Shown: positions 37,558-47,727, numbered from the stretch's first letter. The stretch: 64,000 bases of DNA from an uncultured Gemmatimonadales bacterium (GCA_963783305.1 CAWAMW010000017.1:256001-320000), one strand, 5' to 3'. The notes: generated by a model from the letters alone, not told the origin. Numbers and translations: made by a program.

Positions 37558-40500
37558 TTGTCCATACTAGACCGGCTCCTTCCCGAGTTCCCGGAGGACC
37601 AGAAGGCCGACCGCGGTCGACTGCTGGGCCTCATGGGCATGTTCTTCCTGGTGGTCACCGCCGTCGGGGTGCTGAAGCCCGTGCGCAACGCCCTGGCGCT
37701 CTCCGGTCTCGGGGATCGCGCCTTCTACCGCGTATACCTGGTCAGCGCGGTCGTGGTGTTGATCGTGCCGATCTACAACCGGCTGGCCGATCGAGTGGGG
37801 TGGCGGGCGCTGGTGCCCGCTGTGGCGATCTTCTTCGGGCTGAACCTCCTTATCTTCCGCGTGCTCTATTCCGAGGGGAGCACCGTGCTCGGCGTGGTCT
37901 TCTACGGCTGGTACGACCTCTTCGCGGCGGCGCTGGTGACGCAGTTCTTCGTGGCCACCCACGCCATCCTGAACGCCCGCACCGCGCGGAGCGCGTACCC
38001 CCTCGTCATCGGGGGTGGCGCGGTGGGGGCCATGCTGGGCGGCGGCATCGCGGGCTTCATGGTCGACATCATCGGGACCCCGAACCTGCTGCTGGTGGGC
38101 GCATTCTTCATCCTGGCCTTCGGCGTGGGGATCCGGTTCGTATGGCCGGTGGACGCGCTGGAGGCGGTGGAGCGGGAGCGCTCGAAGCGGATCCGTCGTA
38201 GGGACGCCGTTTCCATGAGCGAGGTGCGGCGGGTGTTCTCGAACAGCCATGTGCGACTGATCGCGGTGAGCGTGTTGCTGATCGTCATGGCGAAGCAGCT
38301 GGTGGACTACCAGTACAACACCCTCACGGAGGAGATCTTCCTGACCCAGGACGCCATCACGGCGTTCCAGGGCAAGGTGAGCCTGGCCACCCAGTGGCTG
38401 CCCCTCGTGGCCGTAGTGACCCTCAGGCCGCTGCTGAAGCGCTGGGGCATCGGCGCCGTGGTGTTCCTCCTGCCCGGTCTGATGTTCATCACGAGCCTCG
38501 GCATGGCGGCGTTCTTCACCATCTGGGCGGTGATCGTGGTCCGGACCGTGGACACGACGTTCCGCTACTCCGCTGAGCGCGCGGGCCGGGAGATCCTGTA
38601 CGTCCCTGTCCCGGAATCGATCAAGCTGAAGGCCAAGACGTACATCGACGTGGGAGTGGAGAAGGGGCTGGGGAAGGCGCTGTCCGCGGGAGTGGTGGCG
38701 GTGCTGGTGGAGGTGCTGGGGCTCGGGCTCGGACAGATCGCGTGGGTCGTGGTGGCGCTTACGGCGGCCTGGGTCGTGGTCACGCTGCTCCTGCGCCGGA
38801 AGTACGTGGACACGCTCGCGCAGTCCATCCGCGGCCGCTTCGCGAGCTTCCAGGGGCTGTCCGCCTTCTCGGACGCGAGCACGCAGCGGCTCGTGCAGCA
38901 GGCGCTCGGCAGCCCCGATCCCGTCCAGGTCTCGTTCGGCCTCGACCTGGTGGAGCAGAGCGCCGGCACCGATACGCGACCCATCGCCGACGCCCTCCAC
39001 GACCTCCTGGAGCACAGCTCCCAGGCCATCCGACTGAAAGCGCTCCGGATCCTGACCGACGACCCGGACTCCATCGACCCCGTCCGGGCCCGCCAGCGAC
39101 TTCAGGACCCGGCGCGACCCGTACGCGAGCAGGCGGTGCTCGCGCTGGCCGCGCAGGCACCTGAGCAGAAGAGCGAGTTGATCCATGCCCTGCTCGCCTC
39201 CGTGCACGCGGACGTGCGCACGGCGGCGCTCGCGTGTCTCACTCGCGACCAGATCGCCGTGGACGTGGCGGAGGTGGTGGGCGGCGGCTATCTGGAAGAG
39301 CGCATGCGGCAGGCGGAAGAAGGGGAACGGGAGGCGCGCGTGGAGCTGGCACTGGCCGCGGGCGCCCTCCGCTCGCACCCCGGGGCGCGGGACCTCCTGG
39401 ACGACCTGCTGGGGGACCCTGATCCCGTGGTGGCCTCCGCGGCACTCCGCAGCGCGGCTCTCCTCGACCGTCCCGACCTCCACCCGGTCATGATCGCGGC
39501 GCTCCAGCGCCCCGGAACGCGGCAGGCGGCGCGGGAGGCATTGACGGAGCGCGGGGGCCGCGCTCTGGATGCCCTCGCCCGCCACCTCCTGGACGAAAGG
39601 GTGCCGAGTACGGTGCGACGACAGATTCCGGCCGTGCTCGCCCGTGTAGCCGACCGGCGATCGGCCGATGTGATGCTGCACAGTGTGGTGGCGCCCGAAA
39701 CCGACCAGCTGCTGGACTACAGGACGCTCAAGGCGCTCAGCCAGCTCCGGTTGAAGGCGCCCCACCTCCACTTCGACCGCGTGATGGTACGATCCGCGAT
39801 CCGGCGGGAGGTGGGTGCCGCGGCGGGCTACGATCGCGCCCGGCACTGTCTCGAGCGCGTCGGGGCCCGCGGCCCATCGGCCCACCTTCTCCGGCGCGCG
39901 CTCCAGGAGGCCTGGAACGAGCGGCAGGAGGGAGTCTTCCGCCTCCTCGGGCTCATGTACGAGCCGGAACCCATGTACCGCTGCTATCTGGCCGTGAGTG
40001 GCGGCGAGGCCAGAGCGCGGGCGAACGCGCTCGAGTGGCTCGAGGAGACCGTGGACCGTGAGCAGCTCGCCGAAATCGGACCTGTCGTGGGTCAGGCGCC
40101 CTCCCGCTCGGCCCTGCCGGACCTCCGGGGCGATCTCGGGCCCCTGCTCCGGGACGGCGATCCCTGGATCGCCCGGATGGCCGTGGCCGCCACGGGGGAG
40201 ATGGACGCGCGCTGGAGCCGGGCGGCGCTGCGTGATATCATCGACACCGGAACGAGCGACGAGCTCTGCGCCCTGGCGGAACGACTCCTCGCCCCACCAC
40301 GATCGGGACGGATGCCCATGGACCTCATAGAAAAGGTGTTCCTGCTCCAGAAGATCGATCTCCTCCAGGACGCCCGCAGCGCGCACCTTGCCCTCCTCGC
40401 CTCCATCGCCGAGGACGTGGACGTGGATGGCGGCACCGTGCTGCTCCGGCAGGGCGAGCCGACGGACGCGCTGTACGTGGTGGTCGAGGGCGCGGTGGAC

Positions 40501-40728
40501 CTGACCGGCGTCGCGGACCACCGGATGGAGGCGCTCGAAGGCAGCGCGTTCGGCACCTGGGCGCTCATCGACGAGGCCCCCAGCCTCGTCACCGCCACCA
40601 CACGAGGCCCCGCGCGACTGCTGCGGATCGCCCGCGGGGACTTCTACGACCTGCTGGCCGATCACTCGGAGCTCGCCCTCGGCCTGCTCCAGGGACTTGC
40701 CCGGCGGGTGCGTACCCTCGTAGCGTAA
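37558..40728 (+). CDS. Npt1/Npt2 (NTT/TLC, ATP/ADP translocase-like) MFS transporter fused to HEAT repeats and a cNMP-binding domain
   Basis: About 12 TM with 'LKPVRNAL', 'QLVDYQY', 'FRYSAERAGREILYVPVP...KLKAKTYID'; HEAT repeats; C-terminal 'IEKVFLLQKIDL...QGEPTDALYVVVEGAV...FG'. Confidence 0.88.
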   Translation: MSILDRLLPEFPEDQKADRGRLLGLMGMFFLVVTAVGVLKPVRNALALSGLGDRAFYRVYLVSAVVVLIVPIYNRLADRVGWRALVPAVAIFFGLNLLIFRVLYSEGSTVLGVVFYGWYDLFAAALVTQFFVATHAILNARTARSAYPLVIGGGAVGAMLGGGIAGFMVDIIGTPNLLLVGAFFILAFGVGIRFVWPVDALEAVERERSKRIRRRDAVSMSEVRRVFSNSHVRLIAVSVLLIVMAKQLVDYQYNTLTEEIFLTQDAITAFQGKVSLATQWLPLVAVVTLRPLLKRWGIGAVVFLLPGLMFITSLGMAAFFTIWAVIVVRTVDTTFRYSAERAGREILYVPVPESIKLKAKTYIDVGVEKGLGKALSAGVVAVLVEVLGLGLGQIAWVVVALTAAWVVVTLLLRRKYVDTLAQSIRGRFASFQGLSAFSDASTQRLVQQALGSPDPVQVSFGLDLVEQSAGTDTRPIADALHDLLEHSSQAIRLKALRILTDDPDSIDPVRARQRLQDPARPVREQAVLALAAQAPEQKSELIHALLASVHADVRTAALACLTRDQIAVDVAEVVGGGYLEERMRQAEEGEREARVELALAAGALRSHPGARDLLDDLLGDPDPVVASAALRSAALLDRPDLHPVMIAALQRPGTRQAAREALTERGGRALDALARHLLDERVPSTVRRQIPAVLARVADRRSADVMLHSVVAPETDQLLDYRTLKALSQLRLKAPHLHFDRVMVRSAIRREVGAAAGYDRARHCLERVGARGPSAHLLRRALQEAWNERQEGVFRLLGLMYEPEPMYRCYLAVSGGEARARANALEWLEETVDREQLAEIGPVVGQAPSRSALPDLRGDLGPLLRDGDPWIARMAVAATGEMDARWSRAALRDIIDTGTSDELCALAERLLAPPRSGRMPMDLIEKVFLLQKIDLLQDARSAHLALLASIAEDVDVDGGTVLLRQGEPTDALYVVVEGAVDLTGVADHRMEALEGSAFGTWALIDEAPSLVTATTRGPARLLRIARGDFYDLLADHSELALGLLQGLARRVRTLVA

Positions 40729-40766
40729 CGTGGCCGTACCCTCCCTTCCTGCCAGCAGCGCGGACC

Positions 40767-41246
40767 ATGGCTGAACAGCACACCCCCACCGTCCTGATCG
40801 TGGATGACGAGGAGATGGTCGCGACGGCGCTCCGTAGCTTCCTGGAACTCGAGACGTCCTATGACATCCTCACGTTCACCTCACCTACGGAAGCGATCCA
40901 GGCACCCCGGCTGCGCGATGTGAACGTGGTCATCGCCGACTTCATGATGCCGGGGATGGATGGCATTACTTTCCTGCGCCAGGTCCGGGAGTCGAACCCC
41001 GAGGCGACACGGATCCTTTTGACCGGGTACGCGGACAAGGAAAATGCCATCCGGGCGATCAACGAGGCGGGGCTGTATTACTACCTCGAGAAGCCCTGGA
41101 GCAACGAGCACCTCAAACTGGTGATCCGGAACGGTGTGGAGCGGTCCACCCTCTTCACGGAGCTGAACCAGCGTATCGAGGCGCTGGAGGGCGCGAACCA
41201 GGAGCTCTACGATATCCGGAGACGCCTGGTCCAGGCGTTCCTGTGA
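40767..41246 (+). CDS. response regulator (REC plus short coiled coil, no DNA-binding domain)
   Basis: 'LIVDDE', 'DFMMPGMDG', 'LTGY', 'EKPW'. Confidence 0.93.
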   Translation: MAEQHTPTVLIVDDEEMVATALRSFLELETSYDILTFTSPTEAIQAPRLRDVNVVIADFMMPGMDGITFLRQVRESNPEATRILLTGYADKENAIRAINEAGLYYYLEKPWSNEHLKLVIRNGVERSTLFTELNQRIEALEGANQELYDIRRRLVQAFL

Positions 41247-42799
41247 GACGGAAAGAGCTGCCCGAGGCGCCGGCCTGGACCTCGGTGGAGCGCGCTCTTT
41301 ATCGCCCGGTCCGCGCGCGGATCGCGGTGGCGGCGTGGGGGATCATACTCGGCGCCCTGATCCTTTTCGTCCTGCAGCTCCCCCTGTCCGGCCGCTTCTT
41401 CGGCCTGATCGTGGGTTGGGCCATGATCACCTCCGCTACGCTGCACTGGCTCGGCGGGCACCACCACACCGCTGTCTTCTTCCCCGCCCGATTCGTGCTC
41501 TTCGCGTTCGAGGTGGTGGCGGCAGCGTGGCTGGCGCACTACATCGGCGCCAGCAGCTGGCTCGCCACTCTTTTCCTGCTCTTCCCGGCGATCGAGTGGA
41601 ATATGCTCTACCCCGGGGGCTGGGGGATCATGGGCTCGCTCCTGGCCGTGGTCGCGTCGGGGACGCTGATCGTGGGCGAGGCAGTGGGCTTCGTGCCCGC
41701 GGGTGCCGTCTACCCCACCATCGACCCGGAGTACGGCGACCCGCGTTACGCGCTGGGTGCGTTCTTCGTCTCCGCATCGGTGATCGTCGGGCTCTCGACC
41801 GTGGTCAGCCGGTATGCCGAAGCCGGCCGTCGCCAGAGCCGTGAGCTGGTGGCGGCGAACGAGCGGCTCAGGGAGATGTCGGAGGATGTGCGACGGTCGC
41901 ATGCGGAGCTGGCAGAAGCGTACGATCAGCTGGGCAAAACACAGGCGGAGCTGGTAGGATCGGCGAAGCTGGCGTCGCTGGGCCACCTGATCGCGGGCGT
42001 GGCGCACGAGATCAACACACCGCTCGGGGCGCTCTACAGCAACCACGACACGATGCGCCGCGCGCTGGCGCGGCTGCAGGAGATCCTCGAGGACGAGGTG
42101 GTGGACGAGGACGAGCTCGAAGACGTCCGCAAGATCGTCCGGGCCATCGAGGGAGTGACGTCCACGAACAACATGGCCGTGGACCGGATGGTCAAGATCG
42201 TGGACAGCCTGCGCACCTTCGGCCGGGTCGATCGCTCCGAGCTGGACTTCGCGGACCTGCACGAGGGCCTTGAGAGCACGCTGGCGATCCTGGGCCACGA
42301 GCTTCGGAGCCGGCAGGTCTCGGTGGTGAAGGAGTATGGCGAGCTCCCCCGCGTAGAGTGCTATCCGAATCAGGTCCACCAGGTGTTCATGAACCTCATC
42401 CTGAATGGCGCGCAGGCCATGACCGGCCCGGGGACCATCACGATACGCACCCGCCGGGACGGGGAACACGCGGAGATCCAGATCCAGGACACGGGCGCCG
42501 GGATCCCTGCGGACAACCTCTCCCGCATCTTCGATCCCGGCTTCACCACGAAGGGGAAGCGAATGGGGATGGGAATGGGCCTGCTCATCACCAGCCAGAT
42601 CGTGGACCGGCACGGCGGCCGGCTCGTGGTATCGAGCGAGGTCGGCGCGGGTACAACGTTCACGGTGCGGCTGCCGGTCCGGCTGGAGAAGGGGACGGAA
42701 CCGGGCGCGCAGGGCGGCCGGGGTACGGCGGTGCGGGCTGACCCGGCCCCCGATACCAGCCTCAACGCTGGAGAAGAGATTCGTGCGACGGATATTTGA
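41243..42799 (+). CDS. multi-pass membrane sensor histidine kinase (NtrB-like core)
   Basis: Several TM helices; 'AHEINTP', 'QVFMNLILNG', 'DTGAGI', 'FTTK', 'GMGL'. Confidence 0.94.
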   Translation: MRRKELPEAPAWTSVERALYRPVRARIAVAAWGIILGALILFVLQLPLSGRFFGLIVGWAMITSATLHWLGGHHHTAVFFPARFVLFAFEVVAAAWLAHYIGASSWLATLFLLFPAIEWNMLYPGGWGIMGSLLAVVASGTLIVGEAVGFVPAGAVYPTIDPEYGDPRYALGAFFVSASVIVGLSTVVSRYAEAGRRQSRELVAANERLREMSEDVRRSHAELAEAYDQLGKTQAELVGSAKLASLGHLIAGVAHEINTPLGALYSNHDTMRRALARLQEILEDEVVDEDELEDVRKIVRAIEGVTSTNNMAVDRMVKIVDSLRTFGRVDRSELDFADLHEGLESTLAILGHELRSRQVSVVKEYGELPRVECYPNQVHQVFMNLILNGAQAMTGPGTITIRTRRDGEHAEIQIQDTGAGIPADNLSRIFDPGFTTKGKRMGMGMGLLITSQIVDRHGGRLVVSSEVGAGTTFTVRLPVRLEKGTEPGAQGGRGTAVRADPAPDTSLNAGEEIRATDI

Positions 42800-43754
42800 A
42801 GCTGCGCTGGTGGTCCTGCTGTTCGCGGCGCCCTCGGCCCGGGCCGAGGCGCAGGGAGCGAACGTCCTGTTCCCGGTGGACTCGATCGAGCAGCGGCTCT
42901 CGGAGGGATCGTTCCGCGTCATCGACCGGCGCGAGTCCCGGGGGATCAGTGGTGAGCGCACCAGCCGCACCGCTCTCTCCTTCAGCGACGGCTTGCTGCT
43001 CGTGGTCAAGTGGGCCCGGGCCCCGCGCGGCGGTGAGGAGTTCAACAACAGCCCGCAGTACGAGCTGGCGGCCTACGAGGTCCAGAAGCTGTTCCTGGGC
43101 GAGGATGATTACGTGGTCCCGCCCACGGTGGTCCGGGCGTTCCCCATCGAGGAGTACAAGGCACTGGACGCCGGCGATCCGGACGTCCACCCCACCTTCC
43201 GCGGCACCCGGTCGATCCTGGCGGTCCTCCAGTACTGGCTCCTCAGCGTGACCCCGGAGAACATCTGGGACTCGGAGCGGTACCGGACCGACGGCGAGTA
43301 CGCCCGGCACCTGGGCGACTTCAACGTGCTCACGTACCTGATCCGTCATTCCGACTCGAACACCGGCAACTACCTCATCTCGACGAACCCCGATGCCCCC
43401 CGCGTGTTCTCCGTGGACAACGGGATCGCCTTCTCCAGCCGGGAGAGCAACCGCGGGATGGAGTGGCGCCGGATCCGGGTGGACAGTGTGCCGGCCGAGA
43501 CGGTGCAGCGGCTGCGGTCGTTGACGCGGGAGGACGTGACGCGGGCACTGGAGACGGTCGCGGAGTTCCGGGTCCTCCCGGACAGCACTCTGGAGCGGGT
43601 AGCGCCCACCCCCAGCTTCGACGGGGGCCGGGGCGTCCGGCGCTCCGGCGATCGGATCCAGCTCGGTCTCACCCACTCCGAGATCGGCGCTCTTTGGCGC
43701 CGGATCGGTCAGCTCCTCCGGCTCGTGGACACCGGACGGATCGGGGTGATCTGA
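42783..43754 (+). CDS. exported protein with atypical kinase (PI3/PI4K-Fam20-like) motifs
   Basis: Signal peptide (ARA-E); 'VVKW', 'ELAAYEV', 'VPPTVVR', 'LIRHSDSNTGNYL', 'SVDNGIAF'. Confidence 0.7.
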   Translation: MRRIFEAALVVLLFAAPSARAEAQGANVLFPVDSIEQRLSEGSFRVIDRRESRGISGERTSRTALSFSDGLLLVVKWARAPRGGEEFNNSPQYELAAYEVQKLFLGEDDYVVPPTVVRAFPIEEYKALDAGDPDVHPTFRGTRSILAVLQYWLLSVTPENIWDSERYRTDGEYARHLGDFNVLTYLIRHSDSNTGNYLISTNPDAPRVFSVDNGIAFSSRESNRGMEWRRIRVDSVPAETVQRLRSLTREDVTRALETVAEFRVLPDSTLERVAPTPSFDGGRGVRRSGDRIQLGLTHSEIGALWRRIGQLLRLVDTGRIGVI

Positions 43755-44197
43755 TGGACGTGACCTTCGCGGTCCTGGCCGACTACGCCAATGTCACCCG
43801 GGAGGGGAAGCTGAATGTGATGGGCATCTTCGACCGCGTGGTCGCGCGCCAGCTCCCGTCGCGCTTCCCGCCCATGCAGCTGGTGGTCCGGCTCGAGGCC
43901 CAACCGGAGGAGCTGGGGAAGGAGCACGCCATCCGCATCCAGCTGGCCGACCCGGAGGACGCGAGCCTCTTCGATCTGAACGGCTCGTTCACCCCGCGTG
44001 GGGCCGAGCCGCACCAGTCCGTATCGGTGAACCACGTGGTGGGGCTGGCCGACCTGCCTCTTCAGACCACCGGTGTGCATACCTTCAGCGTATGGATCGA
44101 CGGCGTGCGCAAGCGCGAGATCCAGCTCCGCGTGGACGAGCCGCCCCGCCACCGCCCGCCGCTGCCCGACACCGGGTCGGACCCCACCTTCCACTGA
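43754..44197 (+). CDS. small beta-rich hypothetical protein (DUF6941-like)
   Basis: 'LADYANVTREGKLNVMGIFD...G.HTFSVWIDG'; TGATG coupling to the upstream gene. Confidence 0.75.
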   Translation: MDVTFAVLADYANVTREGKLNVMGIFDRVVARQLPSRFPPMQLVVRLEAQPEELGKEHAIRIQLADPEDASLFDLNGSFTPRGAEPHQSVSVNHVVGLADLPLQTTGVHTFSVWIDGVRKREIQLRVDEPPRHRPPLPDTGSDPTFH

Positions 44198-44240
44198 GGA
44201 AGAAGCCCCCGCCGGCCTGTTGCCGGCGGGGGCTTCTTCC
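44198..44240. terminator. probable bidirectional terminator hairpin
   Basis: Perfect 19-bp inverted repeat GGAAGAAGCCCCCGCCGGC/GCCGGCGGGGGCTTCTTCC between convergent genes. Confidence 0.85.
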
Positions 44241-44260
44241 ATGCCATGGTGGCCGCTCTT

Positions 44261-47200
44261 CTATCGACCGCCCGGCAGCCGCGGCGCGCCCCGCTCCTCG
44301 AGCCGCGCCTCCAGCGAGTCCAGCCGGCGGACCATCTCGTCGATCCGCGGCGTGACCGTCTCCAGCGACTCCTCCGCCAGCCGCAGCTGCTGTCGCTGCT
44401 GGTCGCTCGGCGCCGCCGTTGAGCCGTACGACGACCACATCACCATGCCGATCCGGTCCTGGATCGATGGCGGGGTCTCGAACTCGCGGCCCGCCACGCT
44501 GCGGTCACCCTCCAGCGTCTGACGCAGGACGTCCAGCCCGTCCTTGATCGCGCGCGCGTCAGTCATGATCTCCAGCCCGGTGTCCGACACGCGCCGGATC
44601 GCGAGCCGCGCCCGCTCCAGCCGCGTGTCCAGCTCGTCCAGGCGGTCGGACGCCACGCGGGCCCGGGCCATGAGCGCGTCGGCCTCGCGCTGGAACGACT
44701 CCAGCGACGCGCGGTCCTCCGTGGCCAGTGTCGCGTTGTGCAGAGGCACGACCTCGAAAGAGATCGGCCCCGCGAGCTCTGTCGGCACACCGTCCACCAC
44801 GCGGGCCATGGACACCGCGTAGGTCCCCGGAGCCGCGGGCGGCCCCGTCGGGTCGTCGTCGAACGGGTCGAACTCGCTTCTGGAGCTCACCGGGGCCCGG
44901 GAAGCCCAGCGAAGGTCCCAGTCGATCCGGTGGATCCCCTCGCTCGGCCGCGCGGTGAGACGCCGCACGACCGCCCCATCGGGGCGCGTGATGGTGAACA
45001 GGAGGTAAGGCGCCTCCTCGCGGTCTTCCCCCCTCATGGCCTCGAACGACGGGTACGCCACGGGCTCGCCCGCCTCCCGCGCACTGCTCTCCGCCTCCTG
45101 TCGCACCTCCTCGCGGGTCTTGATCCCATCCTTCAGGTAGTACGTGATCACCGCACCGAACGGCGGGTTCTCCGCCCACCAGTAGGCGCCGCCCTGGTAC
45201 TCCCTACCGCGCTCCTGCTCCACGTAGATCTGCGCGTCACGGACCGGGAAGATATGGGCATCCTGCGCCAGCACATCCTTGGTGGCCTCGCGGATCGGGG
45301 AGTAGTCGTCCAGGACCCAGAAGCCGCGGCCGAACGTCGCCAGGACGAGGTCGTTATCCCGTTCCTGAATCGCCAGGTCCCGCACCGCGATGGTGGGGAT
45401 CCCGCCCGTCAGGGGAGTCCAGTTCTCGCCGCCATCCCGCGTGAAGAAGACGCCGAACTCCGTGCCGGCGAACAGCAGCCCCGGGTCCGTCGGGTCCTCG
45501 GCAATCGCGTACACGCTCCCACGCTCCGGCAGGTCACCGGCAATGGAGCGCCAGCGGCGTCCGCCGTCGGTGCTCCGGAGGAGGTACGGCGTGAAATCGC
45601 CCATCTTGTGGTTGTTGAACGCCGCGTACACGGTGCCCTCGTCGTGGGCGGAGGCCAGCACCATGTTGACGTAGGTGCGGTCGGGGACGCCGGGGAAGTC
45701 CTCGTGGCGAGTCCAGGATTCGCCACCGTTCCCGGTGACCTGGATCAGCCCGTCATCGGTGCCGATGTAGATCAGCCCCTCGCGGACCGGGCTCTCCGAC
45801 AGCGCCACGATGTTCCCGTAGATGGACGTGGAGGAATTCTTCCCCACCGCGTCCATCCCCCACACCCGGCCCATGACCGGGAGCTCGTTGCGGTCGATCT
45901 GGCGAGTCAGGTCGCCGCTGACCGCCGTCCAGTTGTTCCCGCGGTCATCGCTGCGGAAGAGCTTGTTCGCCGCGAAATAGAGGCGGGTGTGGGAGTGCGG
46001 GCTGATGAGCAGCGGCGCGTCCCAGTTCCACCGGAGCGCCTCACTCGCGCCGGTTGGCTGTGGCTGTATGAACGTGGACTCGCCGCTCGCCCGATCGTAG
46101 CGCACCAGGAAGCCGTGCTGGCTCTGGGCGTAAACGATGTTCGGGTCCACCGGATCGACGGCGCTCTCGAAGCCGTCCCCGCCATTGGTGATGATCCAGT
46201 CGTCATTGCTGATCCCGGCCTCCGCCAGCGTGCGGGCCGGGCCACCCAGCGACCAGTTGTCCTGGGTCCCGCCGTAGACGTTGTAGAACGGCTCGGCGTT
46301 GTCCACGACCACCTTGTAGAACTGGGTCACCGGCAGGTTCGGCTTGAACTGCCACGTGGAGCCGTCATCCCAGCTCTCGTAGATGCCGCCATCCCCGCCA
46401 ATGAGCATGTGCTCCGTGTCGGACGGGTCGATCCACAGGGCGTGGTCGTCCACATGCCGGTTCGAGTTCGACAGCCGTTCGAAGGTCCGGCCGCCGTCCG
46501 TCGTCACGCGCGTATACGTATCCATGGCGAACACACGCTCGGCGTCCACCGGGTCGCAGATCAGCTCCTGGTAGTAGTTCCCACGACTCGTCCAGTCATT
46601 GACCTTGCTCCAGCTGGCCCCCCGGTCCGTGGACCTGAAGAAACCGCCCGCATCGCCCGCAGCCTCCACCACCGCGTACACATTGTCGGGACGGGCCGGC
46701 GACTGGCAGAGGCCGTAGCGGCCCACATCGCCAGAGGGCAGTCCGCGAGAGATCTTGTCCCACGTTGCGCCCCCGTCCAGCGACCGGTACAGGGCGGACT
46801 CGGGGCCGCCCGAGATCAGCGTCCACACGTGCCGGCGGCGCTGCCATGCAGCGGCGATGAGAACGTCCGGATCGCGCGGGTCCATGACCACATCGGTGAC
46901 GCCGGTGTGCTCGCTGATGTCCAGCACGCGGTTCCACGTGGCACCGCCGTCCGTCGTCTTGTAGAGACCGCGATCACCACCCGCGCTCCAGAGCGGGCCC
47001 TGGGCGGCGACGTACACCACGTCGGAGTCCCGAGGATCCACGACGATGGCGCCGATGTGCTCGCTGTTCTCCAGCCCCATGCGCGCCCAGCTCTTGCCGC
47101 CATCCAGCGATTTGTACACACCGTCCCCGTACGCCACGCTGCGCTGCGCGTTGTTCTCGCCCGTGCCGACCCACACGATGTGCGGGTTGCCCGGGTCGAG

Positions 47201-47485
47201 CGTCACGACCCCGATCGAATACGACCCCTCGCCGTCGAAGATCGGCCGGTAGGTCACACCCCCGTTCGTCGTCTTCCAGACCCCGCCGCTCGACACGGCG
47301 ACGTAGTACTCCGAGGGGTTCTGCGGATTCACGGCGAAATCGCTGATACGACCCGACGTGAGGGCCGGTCCGATCTCGCGCAGGCTCATCCCGCGGAAGG
47401 TGGAAGCGCTGTACTCCTGGGCGCCGGCCGGAACGGCCGCCACGGCCAGGAGGGCGAGCGCGAATAGCGCACGGATCCATCGCAT
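44261..47485 (-). CDS. exported BNR/Asp-box repeat (VPS10/sortilin-like) beta-propeller 'glycosyl hydrolase'
   Basis: Signal peptide MRWIRALF...AGA-Q; many SxDGGxTW boxes; C-terminal coiled coil. Confidence 0.92.
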   Translation of the reverse strand: MRWIRALFALALLAVAAVPAGAQEYSASTFRGMSLREIGPALTSGRISDFAVNPQNPSEYYVAVSSGGVWKTTNGGVTYRPIFDGEGSYSIGVVTLDPGNPHIVWVGTGENNAQRSVAYGDGVYKSLDGGKSWARMGLENSEHIGAIVVDPRDSDVVYVAAQGPLWSAGGDRGLYKTTDGGATWNRVLDISEHTGVTDVVMDPRDPDVLIAAAWQRRRHVWTLISGGPESALYRSLDGGATWDKISRGLPSGDVGRYGLCQSPARPDNVYAVVEAAGDAGGFFRSTDRGASWSKVNDWTSRGNYYQELICDPVDAERVFAMDTYTRVTTDGGRTFERLSNSNRHVDDHALWIDPSDTEHMLIGGDGGIYESWDDGSTWQFKPNLPVTQFYKVVVDNAEPFYNVYGGTQDNWSLGGPARTLAEAGISNDDWIITNGGDGFESAVDPVDPNIVYAQSQHGFLVRYDRASGESTFIQPQPTGASEALRWNWDAPLLISPHSHTRLYFAANKLFRSDDRGNNWTAVSGDLTRQIDRNELPVMGRVWGMDAVGKNSSTSIYGNIVALSESPVREGLIYIGTDDGLIQVTGNGGESWTRHEDFPGVPDRTYVNMVLASAHDEGTVYAAFNNHKMGDFTPYLLRSTDGGRRWRSIAGDLPERGSVYAIAEDPTDPGLLFAGTEFGVFFTRDGGENWTPLTGGIPTIAVRDLAIQERDNDLVLATFGRGFWVLDDYSPIREATKDVLAQDAHIFPVRDAQIYVEQERGREYQGGAYWWAENPPFGAVITYYLKDGIKTREEVRQEAESSAREAGEPVAYPSFEAMRGEDREEAPYLLFTITRPDGAVVRRLTARPSEGIHRIDWDLRWASRAPVSSRSEFDPFDDDPTGPPAAPGTYAVSMARVVDGVPTELAGPISFEVVPLHNATLATEDRASLESFQREADALMARARVASDRLDELDTRLERARLAIRRVSDTGLEIMTDARAIKDGLDVLRQTLEGDRSVAGREFETPPSIQDRIGMVMWSSYGSTAAPSDQQRQQLRLAEESLETVTPRIDEMVRRLDSLEARLEERGAPRLPGGR

Positions 47486-47727
47486 GGTCTGTCTATCCCG
47501 TCTTCGGGTTTCTGTATAGGGCAGGCGGGGCAGACCGGAAGGTGGCGGGTGGTGCCGTACGGCGCCAGAGGAGAGATCGGCGTCGCGGCCGACCGCTCCG
47601 ACGCCAGGCCCCGGTCGGCGATCGCGGCTGGAGCGCCTCCCCCGGGGGCCCAGGGCGTTCGGATCACTCGTGCCCACCGCGGTCCCCCGATTCCTCTCGG
47701 AAGGCCGCCCCGCTACCTTGCAGGGCT

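Noticed and set aside
37567..40665. 1032-aa antisense ORF (also 44738..47467, 20671..23250, 8711..10543 and others)
   Set aside because: Shadow ORFs opposite well-supported genes, expected at about 70% GC; no recognisable motifs
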